A stretch of DNA of 50,277 bases from an uncultured Rhodopirellula sp. (GTDB lineage Bacteria > Planctomycetota > Planctomycetia > Pirellulales > Pirellulaceae), in the NCBI GenBank assembly GCA_964449225.1, contig CAYVAN010000004.1, positions 1-50,277 of the forward strand. The letters run 5' to 3'. Positions 27,111-36,348 of the stretch are shown here, in pieces. Under the pieces are notes generated by a model that worked only from the letters and a program-made list of their open reading frames with translations, searched no databases and was not told the DNA's origin. Position numbers and translations under genes: made by a program. Every line of letters begins with the position of its first letter. Position 1 is the stretch's first letter.

Positions 27111-28190
27111 ATGCGGCGAATTGGCACCTTAGATACCTCTGATCAGGCCCGCAAACTGCTTGGATATCTGCAAAGCGAGTCCGTCGATGCCATGATCGAT
27201 TTGGTCGACGATTCGCTCAATCGTGATTCCGAAGCGGGAGATTCAAAAAATCGCGATTTGAAGAACGCGGGCCCTTGGAATCTGTGGGTCCGCGACGAGG
27301 TTGACGTCGACGAAGCGAAATTGGCCTATCAGGCGTTCTTGGAATCGCCCGACTCCTCTAAGTTCGACGTGCCGCTGGCTGACTTGCCCAGTAGAAAGAA
27401 CTCCGAGGTGGCGCGAGCTCGGCAAGCACAGAGCCGACAAGAAAAAGATCGGGTTCGGTCAGCACGGCGGCGGGCGGCTTCGCGTGATCTGAACCAGTTG
27501 GACATGCCCGTCGGGGACGTGGCGCGACAACAGAGTTTTCCGGTGGTGATCGGCATCATCATCATCTCGGCCATCATGTCGCTGTCCACCAACTTTTCTA
27601 CGCCGCGGGCCAATCGTGCGGGCACGGACACGTTGGAACAGAAAATTTATCGGGTGACTTCGTTCGTTGATCGCGACTTGTATCAGAGCGAAGGTGGAGA
27701 TTCTTTCGCGTCGGTTCGCAAAGGTGAACTGTGGCGTTTCGTAACGCCGATGTTCTTGCACGGAGATGAATTTCATCTTGTGTTTAACATGCTGTGGATT
27801 TTCTTCTTGGGATCCGTCATCGAAAAACTGCATGGGTCATTGTTTTTTGCCGTATTGGTGACCCTGACGCAGTTGGGTGGGATGGCGTTGCAGGTTGGAT
27901 TGCCAGCCGAAGATTGGGTTCCCCAATCATTACACGGCAGCCCATTCGTTGTCGGTGCCTCCGGTGCAGTTTATGGTTTGTTTGGTTTCTTGTTGGCACG
28001 ACCTTGGATTAACCGTGACTACCCCATCAATTTGGTGCCCATCAATGTCGGTTTGATGTTCGTGATGTTGTTCGCGGGAATCTTGGAATTTGTTCCTAAT
28101 GTTGCTAACGGAGCTCATTTGGGTGGATTGATTGTGGGATTGGTTTTGGGAGCCATTCCGTTCTTCGGAAAGCTCGCGGCATCGAAATGA
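27111..28190 (+). CDS. rhomboid intramembrane serine protease (GlpG-like) with N-terminal soluble domain
   Basis: GELWRFVTPMFLH...HLVFNM, catalytic GASG, and ANGAHLGGL. Confidence 0.9.
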   Translation: MRRIGTLDTSDQARKLLGYLQSESVDAMIDLVDDSLNRDSEAGDSKNRDLKNAGPWNLWVRDEVDVDEAKLAYQAFLESPDSSKFDVPLADLPSRKNSEVARARQAQSRQEKDRVRSARRRAASRDLNQLDMPVGDVARQQSFPVVIGIIIISAIMSLSTNFSTPRANRAGTDTLEQKIYRVTSFVDRDLYQSEGGDSFASVRKGELWRFVTPMFLHGDEFHLVFNMLWIFFLGSVIEKLHGSLFFAVLVTLTQLGGMALQVGLPAEDWVPQSLHGSPFVVGASGAVYGLFGFLLARPWINRDYPINLVPINVGLMFVMLFAGILEFVPNVANGAHLGGLIVGLVLGAIPFFGKLAASK

Positions 28191-28224
28191 TCCGCTCACG
28201 CGTTTTCAAGAGACTGAAGTTATT

Positions 28225-29640
28225 TTGAGTACCGAATTACGCGAGGGGCGTTCGCCGCGTCAGGAGCAGCAAGTTTCGTTGACTGCCGCGATCGCGGAGG
28301 TGTGGCGAGTCGCGATGCCGTTAATGATTAGCACGGGCACCTTTTCGTTGGTGTTATTTGCTGACCGAACGTTGCTGTTGAAATATGATGGCGCGTCGAT
28401 GAGCGCAGCGATGACCGGTGGCAACCTGTTTTGGGTTTTTGTGTGTTTGCCCATGGGGATTGTGTCGATGACCGGCGCGATCGTCAGCCAGTACGTGGGT
28501 GCAGGGAAACCTGAATTGATCGGCCGGTTCCTTTGGCAATCAATTTGGATTTCGATCAGCTTCACACCCTGCTTTATCGCACTTGCATTCTTTGCACCAT
28601 GGATCTTTCGTGCTGCTGGTCAGCCTGAATCACTCATTGAACTCGATTCGATCTACTTCCGAATTTTGATGATTGGGGCGGTGGGGCAAGTGCTGGAAAC
28701 TGCGTTGAGCGGTTTCTTTAGCGGCACCGAACGAACGGGGACGGTGATGTGGGTTTCGATCGTTTCGGGACTGATCAATCTAATGGCTGATTACGTCCTA
28801 ATCTTTGGGATGTTCGGTTTCCCAGAGATGGGAATCAAGGGTGCCGCGATTGCCAGCGTGATTTCGTTTTGGTTCAAAGTTGCGATCTACGCATGGCTGC
28901 TGATACGTCCTCGTCTTGAAACGATGTATCAGTTTTCGGCGGGCAGAACGTGGGATCGGGGCATGCTGATGAATCTGATCTTTTTTGGTTTTCCAACAGG
29001 CCTGATGTATTTGAACGAAGCCGGTGCGTTCACTGTCATGGTGCTTCGCATTGGAACCCTGGGTGATGTTCCGCTGCGGGCAACCACGATGGCAATCAAT
29101 TTCAATATGATTGCCTTCATTCCGCTGATTGGTGTTTCAATCGCCGCCAGCGTTCTGGTCGGGCGTCATCTAACAGAGACGGGGCCTGATCGTGCAGCGA
29201 AAAGCGTCGCGGCAGCAATGGCCATCGGATGGGTCTATAGCAGTCTGTGGATGATTGCTTTTTTGACCATCGGTGATCTGATGTTCTCGCTTTACGAATT
29301 TAATAGCGATGGGGCGGACTCTGCCTTGGCGATCCAGATTTCGCGAGGATTGCTTGGCTTCGTTGCCATCTACGTCGTGCTAGATGCCACGCAATTGATT
29401 TTGGCTGGGGCGCTTCGCGGTGCCGGGGACACGTGGTTCGTGTTGTTTGGCGGGATCGCTGCATCGGCAATTGCATTGTCGATTGGCTTTGCGTTTGAAC
29501 CCAGTGGCGATGCGACCGATTTTAACGTCGGTTTAAACTGGTGGTGGACCGTATTAACGCTATGGGTGTGTTTGTTGGCCGTCATGATGGCGATACGATT
29601 CGCCACCGGCCAATGGCGTAAAATGCGAATGGTAGATTAG
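28225..29640 (+). CDS. MATE family efflux transporter
   Basis: About 12 TM helices; VSQYVGAG, LIFG.FGFPEMGIKGAAIAS, GALRGAGDT. TTG 28225 preferred because the ORF-track start 28132 overlaps the rhomboid gene. Confidence 0.9.
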   Translation: MSTELREGRSPRQEQQVSLTAAIAEVWRVAMPLMISTGTFSLVLFADRTLLLKYDGASMSAAMTGGNLFWVFVCLPMGIVSMTGAIVSQYVGAGKPELIGRFLWQSIWISISFTPCFIALAFFAPWIFRAAGQPESLIELDSIYFRILMIGAVGQVLETALSGFFSGTERTGTVMWVSIVSGLINLMADYVLIFGMFGFPEMGIKGAAIASVISFWFKVAIYAWLLIRPRLETMYQFSAGRTWDRGMLMNLIFFGFPTGLMYLNEAGAFTVMVLRIGTLGDVPLRATTMAINFNMIAFIPLIGVSIAASVLVGRHLTETGPDRAAKSVAAAMAIGWVYSSLWMIAFLTIGDLMFSLYEFNSDGADSALAIQISRGLLGFVAIYVVLDATQLILAGALRGAGDTWFVLFGGIAASAIALSIGFAFEPSGDATDFNVGLNWWWTVLTLWVCLLAVMMAIRFATGQWRKMRMVD

Positions 29641-30953
29641 TTCAAGTCTGCCAAGCTAACCTCGGTGCGGTAACGCTTGCCACTGCGATAGATGATCATG
29701 GGTGTTGATTCACCGATCGGTGTCAAACCGACCCGAGCGACCAAGTGGTCATCGCTTTCCACCGCCTTGCCGTCGAATTCCACGATGATGTCGCCACGTT
29801 GCAGGTGAGCTTGTTCGGCTGGCGAACCAGGTCGAACGTTTTTTACCAGTGCTCCGCTTAAAATGCCTGCTTGGACGAGGTCACGATTGGCAGCGGCAAG
29901 GTCGGCAGGTGTGAAGTCGGGATCCAGCGTGACACCTAGGTATCCACGTCGCAAACGGCCTTGACGGGTTAGTTGGTCGGCGACTCGCATTGCCATATCG
30001 ATCGGGATCGCAAAGCCAATTCCCTCGCTACCACCGCTGCTGCTGGCAATCGCGGTGTTCAAGCCGACCACTTCGCCACGTAGGTTTAATAGTGGCCCGC
30101 CACTGTTGCCTGGATTGATTGCTGCATCGGTTTGAAAAAAGTCTTGCAGGTCAATCTTTTGTTCGCCCAAAGAAAGATCCCGCCTGCCTTTTGCGCTCAG
30201 GATTCCAAAGGTAACGCTATGGCTTAATCCAAAGGGGCTGCCGATCGCGATTACGAAGTCACCAATTTCGATCGCTTCACTGTCGCCCAACCTCGCCGCA
30301 GGCAATCCTGAATGATCGATCCGCATGACTGCGACGTCGGTGCTGGCGTCGGAGACTACTTTACTTGGATAGAACTCTCGACCGTCGCTGCTGCGCAGCA
30401 AGATTTCTCTGGGGCTGGCACCGGCGATCACGTGACGATTCGTTAAAACCCATAGCGATTCATCCATCGCTTTGATGATCACTCCGCTTCCGGCCTCGTC
30501 GTAGGATTGCCTCGCACCACCTTTGGTTTCGGTTTTGTGAGCTTCAATGTGAATGACACTTGGTTTGACAAGCTGTGAAACTCGTCGAACCAGTGATCCA
30601 AGTCGATCGAAGGTTTCAAACTCTTCTGCTAACTCGTTGAATAACCGCTCGCGTTGTGTGTTGATGTCGACACTGCGGATCGGCGCAAGTTCGTCGATCG
30701 ATGGCTTGCGAACGCTAACGGATTGATTGCCCCGATAGCCGCCGTCCCTCTGGTAAGACTGTTTGCCGCGAAAAGCGTAGGGCAGAGCAACCGATTCTTG
30801 AGCCGATGATAAATCAGGAGCAAGACCGAGGTAGCTGCCGCAGGCAACTGTTATCGCCAACGTCGAACGACGCAGAATGGTCGTTAGTATCGACGCAGAT
30901 CGATGTTGAGGCTTTTTCTTACCTGGTGCTTTGGCAAAAGGGACAATGACCAT
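29637..30953 (-). CDS. HtrA/DegP-family trypsin-like serine protease with one PDZ domain
   Basis: GSGVII, LTNRHV, DVAV, QTDAAINPGNSGGPL, single PDZ. The ORF-track start 31148 lies inside a terminator, so ATG 30953 is preferred. Confidence 0.9.
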   Translation of the reverse strand: MVIVPFAKAPGKKKPQHRSASILTTILRRSTLAITVACGSYLGLAPDLSSAQESVALPYAFRGKQSYQRDGGYRGNQSVSVRKPSIDELAPIRSVDINTQRERLFNELAEEFETFDRLGSLVRRVSQLVKPSVIHIEAHKTETKGGARQSYDEAGSGVIIKAMDESLWVLTNRHVIAGASPREILLRSSDGREFYPSKVVSDASTDVAVMRIDHSGLPAARLGDSEAIEIGDFVIAIGSPFGLSHSVTFGILSAKGRRDLSLGEQKIDLQDFFQTDAAINPGNSGGPLLNLRGEVVGLNTAIASSSGGSEGIGFAIPIDMAMRVADQLTRQGRLRRGYLGVTLDPDFTPADLAAANRDLVQAGILSGALVKNVRPGSPAEQAHLQRGDIIVEFDGKAVESDDHLVARVGLTPIGESTPMIIYRSGKRYRTEVSLADLN

Positions 30954-31126
30954 GGGCGAGCAATGGGATGCATGAGTTTGGGAGGAGCGGGGGGCGACAG
31001 CAGTGGCGGCTGTGGGAGGAGCCAGTGCTATCTTACGCATCGTCCACCGGGATAGGAAAGCTTCGCACTTGTCGATGCCGGCATTCCTGAGCGGGCAATT
31101 TGGCAAAACCCTTAATTCCAGCGCAT

Positions 31127-31157
31127 TAAAAACGGCCGGTGGATTCACCGGCCGTTT
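31127..31157 (-). terminator. intrinsic terminator downstream of the DksA-family gene
   Basis: Minus strand AAACGGCCGGTG-AATC-CACCGGCCGTTTTT: perfect 12-bp stem plus U-tract. Confidence 0.85.
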
Positions 31158-31195
31158 GCGATCGTGGTAACAAACGTAACGAATAAGGACTTTGT

Positions 31196-31606
31196 TTAAA
31201 CAGAGTCTGCTTCAACGTTATCGAACACACGGTTCCAGGCGACGCCGCCTCGGGCCGATCTTACCTCGGCCCGACGTTTGCAATCGATGCACTCAGTCGC
31301 GTAAGGAATCGCTCGCAGGCGAGTCAGCGGGATCGGCTTACCGCACCCGTCACAATTGCCGTAGTAGCCAGCATCGAACCGCGCAATGGCTTGATTGATC
31401 GCTGATAGTTCTCGGCTTTCCGCTTCGATCAGCTGGCTGTTTAATTCGTCCTGAACCGTGGTGGCAGCCGCGTCCAGCACGTCACCGGTTCTTTCCTGAT
31501 GCATTTCGCGCAGCAAACTAAGGTCACCGTCAAAGGCCCGTTGTAGTGCCTCGCGGCGTCGGACCAGTTGGTCACGCAACTTTTGGATAGATTCTTTTCG
31601 AGACAT
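31196..31606 (-). CDS. TraR/DksA family C4 zinc-finger regulator
   Basis: GDVLDAA coiled-coil tip; YGNCDGCGKPIPLTRLRAIPYATECIDC. Confidence 0.92.
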   Translation of the reverse strand: MSRKESIQKLRDQLVRRREALQRAFDGDLSLLREMHQERTGDVLDAAATTVQDELNSQLIEAESRELSAINQAIARFDAGYYGNCDGCGKPIPLTRLRAIPYATECIDCKRRAEVRSARGGVAWNRVFDNVEADSV

Positions 31607-32134
31607 CGCATCACCTCTTGATTGGAAGAGAAGGTCGCCGCGATTGAAGGCGATTGGGGAGGGATTCGGTCACTGACAGCAGCGGATCGCATTGCAACGG
31701 ATCCGCCTGATGCTGTCTTTCGACCGAGTGCTAATCATAAGGGCGGGGAACCCGTTTGACAGCATTTTCTCGCCAAGATTTGTCCGAAAAGCACTCTCTT
31801 AAGGGTGTCGAAGTGCTGGCTGTGCTGGGTTTAGGGGGGCTTTATGCGAGTTTAGGGCTCGTTTTACGCGAAAGACCAAGTAGCAGTTTCATGGAATCGA
31901 TAATTAACAAATGTGTACAAACGTTAACTTCCGGCTCTTGGGGTTGCCCTTAGGACCGTTCAAGTTTGACTGATCCCACAAATTGGCTCACCGCGACCGC
32001 GGCGAACGCCGAAGTACGAAAGACAAGGAACCTTCGCGCCGTTGCGGATAATTGCGCGAGTAGCAGGATATGGGTTTCAGGGCAGCAGGACGTGCCTTCA
32101 CTGATCTGACACGGAAAGACAACGGACGTTTAGC

Positions 32135-35100
32135 ATGGATCAAACAAACGGACCGCTCTCGGGAATGGATCCAGTATCCTTTCACGCAGACTCAACTTCG
32201 ATCTTTTCACCGACCTCAATTGGCGGAACGCTTTCGCCGCTGCCCAATTTTCAGGAATCAGGAAGCCACGATTCAGCTTCGCATCATTCAGCGCCTCCAG
32301 CGATCGCTGGGCAATCGAGTCTGTTAGGCCGCGGGACTGGAAACCACTCAAATGAGTCACTCGATAGCGTTACCAGCCGAACCGCAGACACGCAATCGAT
32401 CGAATTCCGAGTGGCTCGCGCCGATTCGCCAGTGCGTCGACTTCGACTGACCGGAAACCGATACACGTTCGGCAGCGCCGAAGGTTGTTCAATCCGACTG
32501 AACGAGCCAAGCTTGCGCCCAATGCACGCTGTGTTGACCCGAGATGGTGATCGCGTCGTGGTCCGTGCTTACTCGGTTCCAGTTGAGGTCAATCAAAACC
32601 GTGTCACGGAAGCAACACTCGTCGTTGGTGATCAGTTGCGCCTTGGCGAATACGAGTTTGAACTGCTTACGATCAGCGAGTCGCCTGCGACGACTGCATC
32701 GCCAAATTTCGCGGCCGCGAATAGCTTTGAATCTGGTGGTCGGGGTAATGCCTCGGCAACTTCAAACCAGGCTGGTTTGCAAACCGATGCTGATGAAACC
32801 GTCTGGCGTCAAAGACTTAGAAAAGAAATTGATCAGTGGCGTGCGAAGCAAGTCGAGTGTGACCGACGGGCAAGTCAGTGTGATGAGCGTGAAGCTCATC
32901 TGCGTGGGCGTGAATCGGAACTTTGGTCACGCGCGGAAAACCTGTATCGCCGCGAGGCAAAGATTCAGGATCAGGAATCTGCTGTCTACCAAATGCATGA
33001 TGACTACGCGGATCGTCAGCAAGAGTTGCTGCGTCTTCGTGAAGAAACCAATGCAAAGCAGCGGCACTTTCAGCAGCGTGAATCTGAATTTGCTCAGCAG
33101 GAAGCCGAGTATCGCCAACAGCTTGAAGAAGCCACCGCCCACCTTTTGCAATCACAGGCCCAGGCGACAGCGGCGACCGAAGCGGTTAAGGAAATGCGTC
33201 TGCAATTCGAGGCTCTCAATGAACAAATTGAAGAGCTGTCGGACCAACAAACCAGCTTAAAACGCAACGAGGAAACTGAGCGAGAAGAAAACCAACGCCA
33301 GCGAAGCGATCTGGAAAATCAACGAGATGCCGCGATCGATGCGCAGGCCGAAAGTGAAGCACGTCGTCGTGAAGCTCTCGATCGTGTTGAGCAAATGTCG
33401 GCTGAGCTTGAATCACTGCGAAGTCAGCAAGCAGAAGCTGGGGCAACTGAAAGCCAACAGCTGTTGGAAAATGAAACGACGATCAATTCGCTTCGCGAAC
33501 AAGTCGAAGGTCTACAAGAATTAGTTGATGAAGCATCCGAGGAAGCAAACCGACTTCGCAGCGACTATCGCGACGCGCTTGATTCCGTCAGGCAACTAGA
33601 AGAGCTTGTTGCGCAAAGCAATCGACGTGGTGACACCGACCGCGCCCAATGGGCGTCAGATGCGGACTCGCTTCGCTCCGAAATCGAGTCGCTGTCGACG
33701 GATCTCGAAAAGACTCGCGAGGAACTCGATCACCTGCGAGAAGCCAATCAATCGCTAAACACACGATTGCACGAAGTCGAAACCGAACGCGATCAAGCCG
33801 TTCAAGAGATTTCAGATCGTCCGACGCGAGAAGCATTTGACCACCTTCGCAGCGAACTAGAGAGCGCCAACCAGACTTTGGCAGATTTGCGTCAAGGAAT
33901 CGCTCAGGATGATGCGGAAGATGATTCAGCAAACCAGATTCCTGAGGGCGTCGTTTCAGATAAAAGCGCTGAAGAATCAAACCTGTCGATTTTGAGTCTG
34001 CCAGAGGCTGAAGCAACCGACGATGTCCCCGCGAGCGAATGGGGTTCCGAAGTTTTACCAGCCGAAGATTCGCCAGCCGAAGCCGTCGTTGAGCAAGACG
34101 CGGTTGCTGAAAATAATCTTGCAGACAATCAGATTACCGATCAGGTCAGTCCATCAATCGATGAGACTCCCGAGGACGTCTGGCCAACCTATCAAATGAC
34201 CGAGGCACATGATGCCGATCGCGATAGGATGTCAGAACCGGAACAGGCTCCTGAGGAAGTGCAGTCGGAGGGTTCATTATCCATTTGGAACTTGGAATCC
34301 ACCGCTATTCAAGCTGCACCTGATCATGGCGATCCTGATCATGGCGACGCAGATCCAGTTGCCATTGATGACGGGGAAGAGTTGATTGAGAATACCGGAG
34401 TCTGGAATCCGGACTCGGCGTCTGACCTGTTCCCGGAGACGGACAACGGTCAACCCGAAAATGCATTTGAATCGGCTAGCTCGATCTGGGATGCATCTGC
34501 GAGTGACGAAGATGCCGAAACGTTTAGCGATGATTCGTCGGGGGAAGAACAGCAATCGGAAGCAAGTTCGTTTGCAAGTCAATTAATCGCCGATCTAGAC
34601 GTTGATGAAGATCCGAACCAGATCACTGAGTCGAATCAAGTCGATCAAGTCAAAGCTGAACAGTGCAATCCGTTTCATTCATCGATTGGACAGGACGAAG
34701 ACCGGATCGCCGAGCATGCGGTTGTTGATAGCACCGACGCGGGAGACTGCGATGAAGAAGCGTCCCTGGGGTTAATGGCTTTGTTTGCTGATGATTCGGC
34801 TGCGGGTGATGCCAGCGAAAAAGCGTCAGATTCATCGTCAGAAAACGTCGCTGCTCGGGATCGCGGATACGCAGAAGAGTCAGGTTCTGACTTGATTTCT
34901 GATTCAGCCAGCGACAGCGTCTGGAACATCGAAGCCAGTGATGAAAACAATCAACGAGAGTCTGATCGTTTTAGCGAAACGTACAGCCAGTACCAAGATA
35001 ACACTGAACCGCCTCAACCAAGCGAGTCGGAACCAACCGCATCTCAAACAAGCCAGCATGAAAGCAATTCTTCCGATGGTCGTGTTGATGTGACGGCAAT

Positions 35101-35878
35101 GATGTCAGGCATGGAAGAACTAGAAGAGGAAGAGCCCGTCGAAGCGGATTCCTTTTCTGGTTATCAACAGCAAAGCGAAGAGATCGAAGAAGAGTCTAGC
35201 TCTGCGATGGTGCAAGAATCTTCACCCGAGTCGGTCGATGATGCTGTTCCCACCCCGGATGCAAGTGCCACCGAAGAGGAAATAGATGATGATTCCATCG
35301 AAGCTTACATGAATCGTTTGCTTGGACGCGTCCAGGGTACACCTGGTACCGAAGAATCTTCGCCTGTTGAATCGGTATCGCTGTCATCGGTTTCGGTGAA
35401 CATGGATGAGTCGACTGACGTCGATACCGAATCGAACTCTTCGCCAATGGCACCGCAAGCAGAAATTGATCCTGATGCTCCCTTGGTACCTCGTTCGCAA
35501 GCCCCGGAACGCAACAGCGACTTGTCCGCGATGCGTGACTTGGCCAACCAATCTGCTCGGACCGCCATCAGCCGCAGCGCTCGCATCCAGACTCGCAACA
35601 TGCAGATGGCGGGTGTGATGAATTTTGGAGTCGCTTTGGTCGCCGTGCTGTTTGGTTTCGGGGCGTCGTTGATGCTGACCGGTGGATTGTTGTACTTAGC
35701 ATGGCTGATGGTCGTCATCATTGCCGCAATCTCGATTCGTGATGGTCTCCGCAATCTCGCCGACGCTCGTGCTCGCATGGAGGCTGCTCAACGCGGTGAA
35801 TTACCGCAGGCACTTCAGGAAACGCTTGCGGATCCAGGCGACCAAGTGGCCAAGATGGAAGATGATCTCGCCTTGTAA
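32135..35878 (+). CDS. FHA-domain, long coiled-coil, acidic-disordered protein with two C-terminal TM helices
   Basis: FHA-like YTFGSAEGCSIRL....RPMHAVL...VNQNRV.EATL..GDQLRLG; heptad-rich region ~aa 220-590; D/E/S-rich region; DDSIEAYMNRLL; two hydrophobic helices at the C-terminus. Confidence 0.75.
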   Translation: MDQTNGPLSGMDPVSFHADSTSIFSPTSIGGTLSPLPNFQESGSHDSASHHSAPPAIAGQSSLLGRGTGNHSNESLDSVTSRTADTQSIEFRVARADSPVRRLRLTGNRYTFGSAEGCSIRLNEPSLRPMHAVLTRDGDRVVVRAYSVPVEVNQNRVTEATLVVGDQLRLGEYEFELLTISESPATTASPNFAAANSFESGGRGNASATSNQAGLQTDADETVWRQRLRKEIDQWRAKQVECDRRASQCDEREAHLRGRESELWSRAENLYRREAKIQDQESAVYQMHDDYADRQQELLRLREETNAKQRHFQQRESEFAQQEAEYRQQLEEATAHLLQSQAQATAATEAVKEMRLQFEALNEQIEELSDQQTSLKRNEETEREENQRQRSDLENQRDAAIDAQAESEARRREALDRVEQMSAELESLRSQQAEAGATESQQLLENETTINSLREQVEGLQELVDEASEEANRLRSDYRDALDSVRQLEELVAQSNRRGDTDRAQWASDADSLRSEIESLSTDLEKTREELDHLREANQSLNTRLHEVETERDQAVQEISDRPTREAFDHLRSELESANQTLADLRQGIAQDDAEDDSANQIPEGVVSDKSAEESNLSILSLPEAEATDDVPASEWGSEVLPAEDSPAEAVVEQDAVAENNLADNQITDQVSPSIDETPEDVWPTYQMTEAHDADRDRMSEPEQAPEEVQSEGSLSIWNLESTAIQAAPDHGDPDHGDADPVAIDDGEELIENTGVWNPDSASDLFPETDNGQPENAFESASSIWDASASDEDAETFSDDSSGEEQQSEASSFASQLIADLDVDEDPNQITESNQVDQVKAEQCNPFHSSIGQDEDRIAEHAVVDSTDAGDCDEEASLGLMALFADDSAAGDASEKASDSSSENVAARDRGYAEESGSDLISDSASDSVWNIEASDENNQRESDRFSETYSQYQDNTEPPQPSESEPTASQTSQHESNSSDGRVDVTAMMSGMEELEEEEPVEADSFSGYQQQSEEIEEESSSAMVQESSPESVDDAVPTPDASATEEEIDDDSIEAYMNRLLGRVQGTPGTEESSPVESVSLSSVSVNMDESTDVDTESNSSPMAPQAEIDPDAPLVPRSQAPERNSDLSAMRDLANQSARTAISRSARIQTRNMQMAGVMNFGVALVAVLFGFGASLMLTGGLLYLAWLMVVIIAAISIRDGLRNLADARARMEAAQRGELPQALQETLADPGDQVAKMEDDLAL

Positions 35879-35964
35879 GACTTGGCACCAAAAGTAGCTC
35901 GGGGATTCTAAGCGGTGAATTCTGATTGCTGATGGGGTCTCCGCAAGCGATTGCCAGCAAATGG

Positions 35965-36086
35965 CAGGGCAAATCAGTTTTTCACATTGCAGTGTTCCCC
36001 ATTGTCGCTCGGCTCTCCGAGCCGACAGCGTTTTCGGCTCGCGGAGCCGACCAACATTGCCCAGCTTGAAAAACTGATTTTCCCCT
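35965..36086. repeat. intergenic REPIN/MITE-like element, copy B
   Basis: TIRs cagggcaaatcagtttttca and tgaaaaactgattttcccct; inner inverted doublet tgtcgctcggctctccgagccga (36003-36025) / tcggctcgcggagccgaccaaca (36034-36056). Confidence 0.85.
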
Positions 36087-36348
36087 ACAGCAGATGGCTT
36101 CCAAAAAGACGGCTTTCAACCAGTCACGACGAGTGAAACGCGGGAGCCACGTGCTAAAAATCTCAGAGAAGCTAGCTGTGTACGTCTCGCAAGTCTAAGC
36201 CATTTTTGATAGCAGGACGGCCAGAAAACTGATCTGGCAACGTGACAGCGGGCTTCGCTAAGGTGCGTCCACGCTTGGCATGGATTGTCCAGGCGACTGC
36301 GCGGGGCGATCGATTACTTCGCTCGCGATTTTGTCACGGAGGACTGTT

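Noticed and set aside
30954-31148. N-terminal extension of the HtrA ORF in the ORF track
   Set aside because: It begins inside the dksA terminator hairpin and reads as non-coding; a later ATG gives a normal N-terminus.
32544-33260. 238-aa alternative-frame ORF inside the FHA gene
   Set aside because: Shadow ORF arising from biased codon usage in a coiled-coil region; no recognisable motifs.
34319-34348. 15-bp in-frame duplication (PDHGD x2), and a similar one near 36892 (QLDPT/QLDST)
   Set aside because: Ordinary slippage in disordered linkers; two copies only.
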